Positions 35,500-44,431 are shown, counted from the stretch's first letter. The stretch is 64,000 nucleotides of DNA from an uncultured Clostridia bacterium (GCA_946543085.1 CAMNLM010000002.1:20780-84779), one strand, 5' to 3'. Notes: generated from the sequence alone by a model not told the origin. Translations and numbers: made by a program.

Positions 35500-37281
35500 T
35501 CAGGCCTTGCCGGCCGTCAGTTCGGCCCGCTGGGCGTCCAGCCTGCCGCGGTAATGGGCGACCATGAAGGTGACCAGCAGGATGATAGCGAGGATCAGCT
35601 GCGGCACCAGCGTCTCCAGGTACGGGTAAATGCCCAGCACCTGCAGCACGTCGTTCTCGGGAATGCCCGGCACCTGCAGGGTCACGTCGAACACGTTGCC
35701 CTCGGCCAGCTCCTTGATGCCGCTGCCCAGGAAGGACACGCACATCACGGCCATCAGGATGCTCGTCGCGGTGAAGAAAACCTTGATCGGCAGCTTGATG
35801 GAGAGCTTGGTGATGGCCAGGTAGACGAACACCAGCACCACGCAGCCCACGCCGAAGCCGGCCCAGACCATGCCCGCGTTGCCCTCAGAGAGCATCGGCT
35901 GGTAGAAGAGCACGACCTCCGCGCCCTCGCGGAATACGGACAGGAAGGCGGTGAAGGCCAGCGCGAAGGAAGATCCGCGCTCCACGGAGGACTGCACCTT
36001 GCCGTCGATGTAGCGGCTCCAGGACGCGGCCTCGGCCTTGGAGATCATCCAGTTGCTCACATAGAACAGGACGCACACGGCGATCAGGGCCGTGATGCCC
36101 TCGATGACCTCCTGGCTCTGTCCCGCGCCGGCCCACGCGCTCTTGGCCCAGGCCAGGATCGCGGCGGCCGCAAAGCTGGCCGCGACGCCGGCGATCGCGC
36201 CGATGTAGACGTTCTTCAGATTCCTGAGATTGCCGCTCTTGGTGAGGTAGGCGATGATCGCGGCGATGACCAGGATGGCCTCCAGGCCCTCGCGCACGAT
36301 GATGCCGAAGGTGCCCAGGAAGGTCAGCAGACGCGGGTCGCTCTGCGCGGTCTCCGCGGCTTCCGCACCGGCGGCCTCCGCGGCGGCCGCGGCCTGCTCC
36401 GCCTTTTCCGCGGCGGCCTTTTCGTCCAGGGCGGTCGCCTTGGCGGCGATCAGCTTTTCCAGTCGATTGCTCTCGCGCTGGTAGCCGCTGCGCTGGAACT
36501 TCTCGGTGTTGGCGGCGATGCCCTTGAGCTTCGCGTACTGGCTGTCCACCGCCTCGCGGTCCCCCAGCGACAGATCGCTGTAGATCTTATGGCTCAGGCC
36601 GCTCTCCTCGTACACCGTGTAGTAGGAGGTGTTGATGTTGTCCAGCGCGGCCTCGAAATCCTTGCCCTTGTAGCCCAGGAAGGCCGTGTCCAGCAGCTCG
36701 GCGATGGCGTCGGAGGCCGCCGTCCAGCTCGCGTAATGCACGGCGGCGTTCGGATCGCCGGCCAGATCCGCCCAGGGATCGGCGTCCACGCGGTGGCCGT
36801 CCAGCCAGTAGCTCATCAGGGTCGCGCCGTCGCCGTCCTTCGCGGCCAGCTTGTTCGCGTCCTCGCGGATCATGCTCTTGAGCTTGTTGAGGGCGGTGCG
36901 GACTTCCCTCTGGGTTTCCGCGTCCTCGTTGCTCTTCTTCACGGCGGCCTTGCAGGTGGAGAACTGCAGCTCCACCGCGTTCTTGCGCGGACCGGAGATG
37001 TAGCTCAGCGTCTGCCGCTCGAAGCCCGTGATCTCATAGACCTGGAAATAGGCGTCGCTGACGTTCTTGTAGGCCTTGGCCGCGTCTCCCGCGAGGTACT
37101 GGGCGAAGGCCGTGTCGGCATAGCGGTCGATGCGGTCCGCCGCGTTGCCCCAGCGGGTCGGATCCAACTCTGCGTCGCTGTCCTCCGCGAGGGCCGGGAT
37201 CGCCAGCTGCGGCAGCAGCAGCGCCGCGATCAGCAGCAGAAGCGCCAGCGAACGCAGTCCGCGTCTGGTGGAAGAAACCAT
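35500..37281 (-). CDS. FTR1-family iron permease with a large N-terminal extracytoplasmic helical domain (FetM/cFtr1-like)
   Basis: REGLE (IVREGLEAIL) and REGAE (VFREGAEVVL) iron-permease motifs lie in a 7-TM C-terminal half. A signal sequence is followed by about 300 aa of internally duplicated helical domain. Confidence 0.88.
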   Translation of the reverse strand: MVSSTRRGLRSLALLLLIAALLLPQLAIPALAEDSDAELDPTRWGNAADRIDRYADTAFAQYLAGDAAKAYKNVSDAYFQVYEITGFERQTLSYISGPRKNAVELQFSTCKAAVKKSNEDAETQREVRTALNKLKSMIREDANKLAAKDGDGATLMSYWLDGHRVDADPWADLAGDPNAAVHYASWTAASDAIAELLDTAFLGYKGKDFEAALDNINTSYYTVYEESGLSHKIYSDLSLGDREAVDSQYAKLKGIAANTEKFQRSGYQRESNRLEKLIAAKATALDEKAAAEKAEQAAAAAEAAGAEAAETAQSDPRLLTFLGTFGIIVREGLEAILVIAAIIAYLTKSGNLRNLKNVYIGAIAGVAASFAAAAILAWAKSAWAGAGQSQEVIEGITALIAVCVLFYVSNWMISKAEAASWSRYIDGKVQSSVERGSSFALAFTAFLSVFREGAEVVLFYQPMLSEGNAGMVWAGFGVGCVVLVFVYLAITKLSIKLPIKVFFTATSILMAVMCVSFLGSGIKELAEGNVFDVTLQVPGIPENDVLQVLGIYPYLETLVPQLILAIILLVTFMVAHYRGRLDAQRAELTAGKA

Positions 37282-37299
37282 CGAGTGTCACTCCTTTGA

Positions 37300-37677
37300 T
37301 TAAACAGCCGCCTGCAGCGCCGTCTTCTGCGCGCAGGCCGTCAGATCGTCCTCGCCGAGACTGCTCATCATGGCCAGGGCGGCCGCCTCTGCCGACTGCT
37401 CGCTCAGGCAGAGCGCCGCGCGCAGCCGCGCCGTCAGCGCCTCGCAGAGCGCCTGCATCTTGTCCGCCGTGGCCTGGCCCTTCGCGGTCAGGTGCACGGC
37501 TCCATAGGGTTCCTTGCAGACGAGCTCCTTGCGGATGAGGGCATCGAGCAGCCGGTGCACCGACGGCCGGCTGACGCGCAGCTGCACGGCGATCTCCTTG
37601 GAAGCCACCGGGCCTTCGTGATACAGCTCCCGGATGGCCAGCAGGCAATTGATCTGCGCCACGGTCATGTCCAGCAT
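37300..37677 (-). CDS. DtxR/MntR-family metal-dependent transcriptional regulator (short form)
   Basis: The winged-HTH layout ... GPVASKEIAVQLRVSRPSVHRLLDALIRKELVCKEPYGAVHLTAKG resembles the DtxR/IdeR N-terminal domain. It lies 18 nt upstream of the FTR1 gene. Confidence 0.72.
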   Translation of the reverse strand: MLDMTVAQINCLLAIRELYHEGPVASKEIAVQLRVSRPSVHRLLDALIRKELVCKEPYGAVHLTAKGQATADKMQALCEALTARLRAALCLSEQSAEAAALAMMSSLGEDDLTACAQKTALQAAV

Positions 37678-37760
37678 GGTTGCCCCGTTTCTCCGGCCTC
37701 GGCCGGTCTCGCCGTCCGGCGCACCTGCCCGGACGGATAAGGAAGAAAGAAATCCTGCGG

Positions 37761-37778
37761 TTAGTTAATTACAACTAA
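37761..37778 (-). promoter_or_regulatory. DtxR-box-like palindromic operator
   Basis: TTAGTTAATTACAACTAA is the inverted repeat TTAGTT-N6-AACTAA. It lies 10 nt downstream of the -10 box and resembles the TTAGGTTAGCCTAACCTAA iron-box class. Confidence 0.55.
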
Positions 37779-37787
37779 TCCTGGGTT

Positions 37788-37816
37788 ATTATAATCTAAC
37801 TTCTCTCTCCGGTCAA
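37788..37816 (-). promoter_or_regulatory. Promoter of the dtxR-like/FTR1-P19 operon
   Basis: On the minus strand: TTGACC (37816..37811), a 17-nt spacer, then TATAAT (37793..37788). Confidence 0.65.
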
Positions 37817-37883
37817 TGCGTGCAGCCGGCCTTTGGGGGCAAAATATGTTAGTGCTTGATAACTTCGATGCGTGCTGTGAAAG

Positions 37884-37922
37884 AAAAAACCCTTCCGTGC
37901 CGGATGCTTGGCGCGGAAGGGG
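37884..37922 (-). terminator. Rho-independent terminator after vapC
   Basis: On the minus strand: stem CCCTTCCG/CGGAAGGG, a 16-nt loop, then TTTTTTC. Confidence 0.7.
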
Positions 37923-37958
37923 CGGATGACAGACGGAACATCACAGAAAAAGGCCGGC

Positions 37959-38360
37959 TTACACAGCCAGCCAGTCTTCGGTTTTCAGCCCCGGAACGCG
38001 TTCAAATTCCCGGACGTTATGGGTCACAAGCGGTATCTGAAGGGAAAGCGCGTGTCCCGCGATCAGCATGTCGCGGTCTCCGATCGGCGTACCCTTCGAC
38101 GCGAGGAAGGCCATCACCCTGCCCGCGCATTCGGCGGCAGAGAGGTCAAAGGGCAGAATCTCGATCCACGAAAGCAGCTCAAGAAGCGCGGAAAGGTTCT
38201 TCTCGGGATTGGATGAATGGTACACGCCGTAAAGCAGCTCTGTATAGGTGACGCTGCTGATACACAAGCCGCCGCCGGCCAGGCGCAGGAGCTTTTCCCG
38301 CACCGGATGGTCCTTCTGCCGGATTGCTCTCACCAGAATATTGGTATCCAGCATGTACAT
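37959..38360 (-). CDS. vapC: Type II toxin VapC (PIN-domain ribonuclease)
   Basis: MLDTNILV ... (first acidic residue), TYTELLYG, IGDRDMLIAGHAL and VTHNVREF match the PIN-domain acidic quartet pattern. Confidence 0.88.
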   Translation of the reverse strand: MYMLDTNILVRAIRQKDHPVREKLLRLAGGGLCISSVTYTELLYGVYHSSNPEKNLSALLELLSWIEILPFDLSAAECAGRVMAFLASKGTPIGDRDMLIAGHALSLQIPLVTHNVREFERVPGLKTEDWLAV

Positions 38361-38596
38361 CAGAAGTCCACCTCTGGCAGCGCATGGGTTTGCTCAGGCT
38401 GTCCTTCCGCCATGAAATCCTCCGTAAAGCTGTCCAGCGCATGGAGAAAACTGTTTCCCAGCTTGCTCCTGGGCGTCAGCGTGATGGTATCCCCGACGCG
38501 GTTGATGATGATCTCCTCATCTGCGGGCAGCCTGTACTCGCGGGGCAGGCGAATCGCCTGGCTGCGGCCCGTCATGAAAGTGCGCGCTGTTGTCAT
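38360..38596 (-). CDS. vapB: Type II antitoxin VapB (AbrB/SpoVT-like)
   Basis: MTTARTFMTGRSQAIRLPREYRL ... is a swapped-hairpin AbrB-type N-terminus. A TGATG 1-nt overlap joins it to vapC. RBS is GGGAGGTG. Confidence 0.8.
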   Translation of the reverse strand: MTTARTFMTGRSQAIRLPREYRLPADEEIIINRVGDTITLTPRSKLGNSFLHALDSFTEDFMAEGQPEQTHALPEVDF

Positions 38597-38617
38597 ACCG
38601 ACACCTCCCACGAACAG

Positions 38618-38645
38618 TATATATCATGATACTTACCGCTGTCAA
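38618..38645 (-). promoter_or_regulatory. Probable vapBC promoter
   Basis: On the minus strand: TTGACA (38645..38640), a 16-nt spacer, then TATATA (38623..38618). An ATCATGAT palindrome lies next to it. Confidence 0.5.
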
Positions 38646-38646
38646 G

Positions 38647-38680
38647 CAGAAAAGCCGCCTCCCGGTCCGGAAAGCGGCTT
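38647..38680 (-). terminator. Probable terminator after the DUF853 gene
   Basis: On the minus strand: stem AAGCCGC/GCGGCTT followed by TTCTGC. The U-tract is short. Confidence 0.4.
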
Positions 38681-38744
38681 GTTTTCCACAGATATCGTCA
38701 CGATACCGACACGACGCAGCTTTCCGCATCGGCGTTCTGATCGC

Positions 38745-40646
38745 TTACCTTCTCTTCTTTCCCCCACCGAAGACGGACGTCAGCGAGCCCATCAGGCCGC
38801 GCGTGATCTGCCTTGTCACCTCGCGGGTGGCGGTGTTGATCGCCGTGTTCTGCACGCGGCCGATCACGGAGTCGTTCTTGCGGGCGCGGGCGGCGCGCTC
38901 CTCGCGCAGCTCATCGGCGCGCTTGCGGCGCTCCTCGGCCAGGCGGTTCTTCTCGGACTGCTCCTGCGCCTTGCGCTGCTTCTCCGCCTCGCGGGCGGCC
39001 TTCTCGGCGGCCCTGGGATCGACGGGCTGGGCCTTCTCCGGCTGCACGGGCAGGTAGCCGCCGGTCGCCGGGTCGAAGCGCATGGCCATCATCTTCTGGA
39101 CGTACTGGCCGGTCGCGGCGTCGTAGATCATGACGGGCATCTGCACGGCAGGCTGCTCCGGCTGCGCGGGCGCGGCGGGCTGGGGACGCACCGTCGGCTG
39201 CACGGGCTGCAGGGGCGTCATGGTCGGGATGGTCTTCTGGACATAGCCGCCGGTCGCCGGGTCATAGATCATGAAGCCCTGGGAGCGCACAGGGGCGGGC
39301 TCCTCGTAACTGATCTCGATCTCCCCGGGGTGGATCACGGGCTCCTGCACAGGCAGCTGCTCCCGGTCGAACGCGCCGACCAGCATCTCATAGGCGCTCA
39401 CGCGGTCCATGGGCTCGTCATAGACGCCGCAGAAGGGGCTGGTTTCGATCACGCTCCGGCGCAGCTCGTCGGAGATGATGTTCATGTCGCTCTGCGGCGG
39501 CAGGATGGTCGCGCGCTCCACCATGCAGGGCGCGCCGTGGCTGTCCAGGAAGGACACCAGCGCCTCGCCGGTCTTGAGGGAGAGGATGGCCTCCTCCGTG
39601 TCAAACTTCGGATTGACGCGGAAGGTCTGCGCCGCGGCCTTCACGGCCTTCTGGTCAAGGGGCGTGTAGGCGCGCAGGGCGTGCTGGATGCGGTTGCCCA
39701 GCTGGCCCAGAACGCTCGCGGGAATGTCGGAGGGATTCTGGGTGATGAAGTAGACGCCGACGCCCTTGGAGCGGATCAGGCGGACCACCTGCTCCACCTT
39801 CTCCAGGAGGGACTTCGGGCAGTCGTCGAAGAGCAGATGCGCCTCGTCGAAGAAAAACACCATGCGCGGCTTCTCCAGGTCGCCCTGCTCGGGCAGGATC
39901 TCGTAGAGCTCCGAGAGCATCCACAGCATGAAGGTGGAGTACATCTTCGGATTGCGGAAGAGCTGGTCGCAGGCCAGGATGTTGATGGTGCCAAAGCCGT
40001 CCTCGTCCTGCTGCATCCAGTCCGCGATGTTCAGCGCAGGCTCGCCGAAGAAACGGTCGCCGCCCTGGTCCTCCAGCACGGCCACCGCGCGCTGGATCGC
40101 GCCGACGGTCGCGATGGAGACGTTGCCATAGTGCAGGGTGTAATCCCGCGCGTGCTCGCCCAGGTAGGCCAGCATCGCCTTCAGATCCTTGATGTCCAGC
40201 AGCAGCATGCCCTCGTCGTCCGCGACGCGGAAGAGGATATTCAGCACGCCTGTCTGGGTGTCGTTGAGGTTCAGCATGCGGCCGAGCAGGGTCGGGCCCA
40301 TCTCGCTGACCGTCGCGCGCACCGGATGGCCTTCCTTGCCGTAGACATCCCAGAACACGGTCGGGAAGGAGCGGTAGCGGAAGGTCGGCACCCCGCAGTT
40401 TGCCAGGCGCTGCGCGATCTTCTCCGAGTGCTCGCCCGGCTTGACCATGCCGGAGAGGTCGCCCTTCACGTCGCCCACGAACACGGGCACGCCCATGGAG
40501 GAGAAGCCCTCGGCCAGGACCTTCAGGGACACGGTTTTGCCCGTGCCGGTCGCGCCGGCGATCAGGCCGTGGCGGTTGGCCATCTGCGGCAGCAGGAACA
40601 CCGGGTTTTCGCCCGTTCCGACCCAGATTTTCTTGTCATAAAGCAT
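38745..40646 (-). CDS. DUF853 / HerA-like P-loop NTPase (YjgR family) with a repeat-containing C-terminal insertion
   Basis: Walker A GATGTGKT, Walker [10 protein letters not shown] and blocks typical of YjgR-like proteins. Residues 458-533 carry three YD(P/A)ATG(G/Q)Y repeats, followed by a Lys/Arg/Glu-rich stretch. Confidence 0.85.
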   Translation of the reverse strand: MLYDKKIWVGTGENPVFLLPQMANRHGLIAGATGTGKTVSLKVLAEGFSSMGVPVFVGDVKGDLSGMVKPGEHSEKIAQRLANCGVPTFRYRSFPTVFWDVYGKEGHPVRATVSEMGPTLLGRMLNLNDTQTGVLNILFRVADDEGMLLLDIKDLKAMLAYLGEHARDYTLHYGNVSIATVGAIQRAVAVLEDQGGDRFFGEPALNIADWMQQDEDGFGTINILACDQLFRNPKMYSTFMLWMLSELYEILPEQGDLEKPRMVFFFDEAHLLFDDCPKSLLEKVEQVVRLIRSKGVGVYFITQNPSDIPASVLGQLGNRIQHALRAYTPLDQKAVKAAAQTFRVNPKFDTEEAILSLKTGEALVSFLDSHGAPCMVERATILPPQSDMNIISDELRRSVIETSPFCGVYDEPMDRVSAYEMLVGAFDREQLPVQEPVIHPGEIEISYEEPAPVRSQGFMIYDPATGGYVQKTIPTMTPLQPVQPTVRPQPAAPAQPEQPAVQMPVMIYDAATGQYVQKMMAMRFDPATGGYLPVQPEKAQPVDPRAAEKAAREAEKQRKAQEQSEKNRLAEERRKRADELREERAARARKNDSVIGRVQNTAINTATREVTRQITRGLMGSLTSVFGGGKKRR

Positions 40647-40852
40647 GGGATGGACCTCCTTATCCTGTTGGGGGATGTTTCATTCTGTTGGGTCTATTCT
40701 ACCTTTTTCGGCTTCGTTCGTCAAGGTGGGAATGAGGTTCCCCGCCCGTCCGCTCCCGCGCCTTTCTTTCTCTCCCTCATTGCCCCGCCGCCGTTTCTAT
40801 GCTATGATGCAGTGAACCCATCCGCCACCCCCACGCCAAAGGAGCGCTGCCC

Positions 40853-41599
40853 ATGAAGCTGATCTTTGTTCGCCACGCGGAACCCGATTATGCCGCCGAT
40901 TCCCTCACCGAGAAGGGCTGGCGGGAGGCCGAGCTGCTCAGCCGCCGCCTCGTCCGGCTGAAAAACGTCGAGGCCTGGTATGTCTCGCCCCTGGGCCGCG
41001 CGCAGGCCACCGCCTCCCGCACGCTGGAGAAGCTGGGCGTCACGGCGGAGACCCTGCCCTGGCTGCAGGAATTCCGCGGCCGGACGCCGGACCCCGAGAC
41101 CGGCGTCGAGCGCATCTGCTGGGACTACCGCCCCCAGCTGTGGAAGGAGCGGCCCCTCCTGCACGACAGCGCGCGTTGGATGGAGGACGCCTGGATGCAG
41201 GGCACGAACGTCTATGACATCTGGCGCGAGACGGCGGAAGGCCTCGACAGCGTCCTCGCCCGCCATGGCTTTCACCGGGACGGCCCGGTCTACCGCTGCG
41301 AGGAGAACCGAAAGAACTGCCTCGTCTTCTTCTGCCACTTCGGCATCGCCGCGGTCATGACGTCCTATCTGATGGGCCTCCCGCCCTTCGAGCTGCTGCA
41401 GAATTTCTGCATGCAGCCCTCATCCGTGACCACGCTGGTCACCGAGGAGCGCACGCGGGGCGAGGTCATCTTCCGCTGCACGCAGTGGGGCGACGTCTCC
41501 CACCTGTGGGCGGCGGACGAGCCCTGCTCCACCGCCGGGCTCTTCGCGGAGGTCTATGACGGCGCGGACAACACCATCCCGCGCGTCGAAGCGCCCTGA
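40853..41599 (+). CDS. Histidine phosphatase family protein (phosphoglycerate-mutase-like)
   Basis: The N-terminus LIFVRHAEPDY has the RH catalytic motif, and SPLGRAQATA is typical of branch 1 histidine phosphatases. Confidence 0.85.
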   Translation: MKLIFVRHAEPDYAADSLTEKGWREAELLSRRLVRLKNVEAWYVSPLGRAQATASRTLEKLGVTAETLPWLQEFRGRTPDPETGVERICWDYRPQLWKERPLLHDSARWMEDAWMQGTNVYDIWRETAEGLDSVLARHGFHRDGPVYRCEENRKNCLVFFCHFGIAAVMTSYLMGLPPFELLQNFCMQPSSVTTLVTEERTRGEVIFRCTQWGDVSHLWAADEPCSTAGLFAEVYDGADNTIPRVEAP

Positions 41600-41655
41600 T
41601 GGCTTTGCCGCGACGGCAGACGGGCTTCCGCGGCGCCGCCGCATGCGTCCCGCTC

Positions 41656-41678
41656 AAAGCCCTCCGCCAGGGCTTTTC
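41656..41678 (+). terminator. Weak rho-independent terminator after the phosphatase gene
   Basis: Stem AAGCCCT/AGGGCTT with loop CCGCC, followed by TTTTC. Confidence 0.45.
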
Positions 41679-41712
41679 ACAGCCCTTGCGCTGAAGAACG
41701 AAACCTGCCGCG

Positions 41713-41750
41713 CTTTTCCACGGCTTTCCACGACTTTCCACGATTTTCCG
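41713..41750 (+). repeat. 3.5 tandem copies of a 10-11-bp unit (CTTTCCACGA) upstream of a promoter
   Basis: The units are CTTTTCCACGG, CTTTCCACGA, CTTTCCACGA and TTTTCCG, spaced at helical-turn periodicity and ending 32 bp upstream of the -35 box. Confidence 0.9.
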
Positions 41751-41781
41751 CCCCAAGCCGCAGGAAAATTCCCTTGAATCC

Positions 41782-41810
41782 TTGCATCGCGGCCCATGTT
41801 GCGCTATAAT
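41782..41810 (+). promoter_or_regulatory. Promoter of the PrsA-like lipoprotein gene
   Basis: TTGCAT (41782..41787), a 17-nt spacer, then TATAAT (41805..41810). Confidence 0.6.
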
Positions 41811-41851
41811 GGACGGCGTACCCATCAAGACATGAACAGGAGAGACGACCT

Positions 41852-43441
41852 ATGCAGAAGAAATCTTTGCTTGCCCTGCTGCTTGCGGCTATGCTGCTGC
41901 TCAGTGGCTGCTCTTTGATCCAGAAGGATCCCGTGGTCGACGCTGCCACCCCCATCGTCGAGGTGCTGGGCAAGACCGTCACCAAGGCCGAGGTGAAGGA
42001 TCAGGTCGATGATTACCTGGTTTCCCTCCGGAACTATTACGCTTCCTATTATGGATACACCCCCGACGTGACGGATGAATCCACCATCTCCGCCGCGCAG
42101 GACGCTGTCATCAACCAGATCATCGAGGACACCGTCAAAGAGGCCAAGGCCAAGGAGCTCGGCGTCGACCAGCTGACCGAGGAAGAACAGGCCAACATCG
42201 ACTCCCAGTGGCAGAGCTACTATGACATGATCAAGAATTATGTCTACGCGGACAGCGAGCTCGAGGGCGAGGAGCTGGAGAAGGCCATCTCCGATTCCAT
42301 CACCAGCTACTTCGGCGTGACCAAGGAGAGCCTCACCCAGCAGGCCGTCGCCGACAAGCTGAAGAACAAGGTGATCGAGGCCGTCGCGAATCCCTCCGAC
42401 GACGAGATCAAGGCCGAGTTTGACAAGCGCGTCGAGGACGCCAAGGTCAACTACACCTCCAACCTGAGCGCTTACGGCTCCGCCGTGAACAACGGCGACA
42501 CCGTGTACTACCGTCCCGCCGGATACCGCATGGTGAAGCAGATCCTCACCCGGTTCACCGACGACGACCAGAGCGTGCTGGACAACCTGAACGGCAAGAT
42601 CAGCGACCTGGACACCGAGATCAACACCCTGACCTCCTCCCTGAGCGACGTGGAGAACCTGGATGACCTGCTGAGCAAGGTCACCGTCAATGTGAACGGC
42701 GTGGACAGCCTGATCGTCCGCCCCGTGGCCGAGGTTGCCCAGGAGGCCGTCGCGACCGTGACCGACCTGGCCCAGGAGGCCGTCGCGACCGTGACCGACC
42801 TGGCCCAGGAAGCCGCCGAGACCGCTGAGGAAGCCGTCGAGACCGCCGCCGAGACCGCTGAGGAAGCCAAGACCGTGGTCAACGAGCTGACCGCCGAGAC
42901 CGCCGCCGACTTCGGCGCGGATGTGGAAGAGTCCGTCTCCACCAACGTGATCGCCCTGGCCCGCGCCCGCGCCCTGAAGGCCGAGTATGAGACCGCCGTG
43001 ACCACCGCGACCGAGGAAGCCTACCAGCACATCGACGCCACCGCGGACGACATCCTGGCGCAGCTCGCCGCCGGCGCCGACTGGGATGCCCTGATGGCCG
43101 AAAAGGGCCAGGATCCGGGCATGCAGTCCGGCCGCGCCACCGCCGAAACCGGCTATGCCGTGTGCGAGAACTTCTCTGACTTCGACGCGAACTTCACCGC
43201 CGCCGCCATGGGCCTGCAGAATGTGGGCGACGTGAGCGAGAAGACCCGCGGCAGCCACGGCTACTACATCGTAAAATATGTCTCCGATGTGGCCGAAGGC
43301 GCTGTGGATCTGGACAGCGTGAAGGACCTGATCTCCGGCGATCTGCTGAAGACCGCCCAGGACAACTTCTTCACCGAGCAGGTTGCCCAGTGGGTGAAGG
43401 ACGCCGCCGCCAAGATCAACAAGAATGCCCTGAAGGACTGA
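41852..43441 (+). CDS. PrsA/SurA-like peptidyl-prolyl isomerase lipoprotein with a long repeat-containing insertion
   Basis: Lipobox LLLSGC. There is a SurA_N-like N-terminus and parvulin pieces (GYRMVKQILT ... and SHGYYIVKYV). An acidic Ala/Glu/Thr-rich insert carries tandem repeats. Confidence 0.78.
   Translation: MQKKSLLALLLAAMLLLSGCSLIQKDPVVDAATPIVEVLGKTVTKAEVKDQVDDYLVSLRNYYASYYGYTPDVTDESTISAAQDAVINQIIEDTVKEAKAKELGVDQLTEEEQANIDSQWQSYYDMIKNYVYADSELEGEELEKAISDSITSYFGVTKESLTQQAVADKLKNKVIEAVANPSDDEIKAEFDKRVEDAKVNYTSNLSAYGSAVNNGDTVYYRPAGYRMVKQILTRFTDDDQSVLDNLNGKISDLDTEINTLTSSLSDVENLDDLLSKVTVNVNGVDSLIVRPVAEVAQEAVATVTDLAQEAVATVTDLAQEAAETAEEAVETAAETAEEAKTVVNELTAETAADFGADVEESVSTNVIALARARALKAEYETAVTTATEEAYQHIDATADDILAQLAAGADWDALMAEKGQDPGMQSGRATAETGYAVCENFSDFDANFTAAAMGLQNVGDVSEKTRGSHGYYIVKYVSDVAEGAVDLDSVKDLISGDLLKTAQDNFFTEQVAQWVKDAAAKINKNALKD
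42737..42802 (+). repeat. Perfect 33-bp in-frame tandem repeat (2 copies plus a partial third) inside the lipoprotein gene
   Basis: GCCCAGGAGGCCGTCGCGACCGTGACCGACCTG occurs at 42737..42769 and 42770..42802. It encodes AQEAVATVTDL twice. Confidence 0.95.
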
Positions 43442-43462
43442 GTTTTCAGCCCCATGAAAAAA

Positions 43463-43506
43463 GAGGCTGCCGCAGAAGCGCAAAGCGATGCGGCAGCCCT
43501 TTTTTT
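43463..43506. terminator. Strong rho-independent terminator (bidirectional layout)
   Basis: 10-bp stem GGCTGCCGCA/TGCGGCAGCC followed by T7, with an A-rich run upstream. Confidence 0.8.
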
Positions 43507-43618
43507 GTGCAATCAGAGAACAGAAGCTTACGCGGCCCCGAGAAAACCCGGACGCCTGTCAGAGAGACAGGATGCCCGGCACCGCCTGCCGGCGGCCGGG
43601 GACAGCGTCTTCTCCGTC

Positions 43619-43831
43619 TCAGCCATGGGGATCCTCCTCGTAGACGAGGATGTCCCCCGGCTGGCAGTTCAGGGCTTTGCAGATGGCCTCCAGCGTGGAG
43701 AAGCGCACGGCCTTCGCCTTGCCGGTCTTCAGCACGGACAGGTTGGCCAGGGTGATGCCCACGCGCTCGCTCAGCTCCGTCAGGCTCATCTTCCGGCGGG
43801 CCAGCATGACGTCCAGATCAATCCGAATCAT
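43619..43831 (-). CDS. XRE-family helix-turn-helix transcriptional regulator (YozG-like)
   Basis: 70 aa. MSLTELSERVGITLANLSVLKTGKAKAVRFSTLEAICKAL is a classic Cro/C1 HTH of the YozG type. Confidence 0.85.
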   Translation of the reverse strand: MIRIDLDVMLARRKMSLTELSERVGITLANLSVLKTGKAKAVRFSTLEAICKALNCQPGDILVYEEDPHG

Positions 43832-43843
43832 CGCCGTCCCTCC

Positions 43844-44326
43844 TCAGATGGTCATGTCGTTCTCTTCCTTGAGGGCGACGGCCCGTTCCAGCAGGCGGCT
43901 CAACCCCCAGGCCAGCGTCCCCATGGCAAAGCTCGCCATCGCCGCCAGAAGAAAAACAATCCACACGGGCCCGATCGGGACATGCCAGATCGCCCCGGGC
44001 AAAAACGCCGCCGCCAGCCACAGCGCGCCAGCCGCTGCCATGCACCGGGCAATCCAGCCCAGCTCCCGCGCGTTGGCGCGGCAAAAGGACCGGTCCCTGC
44101 CGATGCGCGCCACGATGCGGAAGTAGAACGCCATCGCCGCGAGATACACCGCGCCGATGAGCCACACCCCTGCGAGCCCCGGCCAGTAGAGAGGACTCAG
44201 CTCCGGGTAGGCGCTGCGGCATTCCCCCGCCAGCACAGGCGCGTAGACGAAAAACACAAACGCCCCGCCGGCCGCCGCCAGCGCGCCGGCCGCCATCAGG
44301 GCAGCGGATACGCGTTTCTGCTCCAT
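43844..44326 (-). CDS. DUF2975-like membrane protein, partner of the YozG-like regulator
   Basis: Four predicted TM helices. The start was set at the ATG 9 nt after the RBS GGAGGG. The regulator gene lies immediately downstream, as is common for DUF2975 pairs. Confidence 0.6.
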   Translation of the reverse strand: MEQKRVSAALMAAGALAAAGGAFVFFVYAPVLAGECRSAYPELSPLYWPGLAGVWLIGAVYLAAMAFYFRIVARIGRDRSFCRANARELGWIARCMAAAGALWLAAAFLPGAIWHVPIGPVWIVFLLAAMASFAMGTLAWGLSRLLERAVALKEENDMTI

Positions 44327-44431
44327 CACAATCATCCCTCCATGTTTGGTCTTCACGGAGAGCATAGCACGGCGCAGATCATTTGTCAATAAGAATTTAT
44401 CGTTTGTCAATAATTATTTATCGATGATGAA

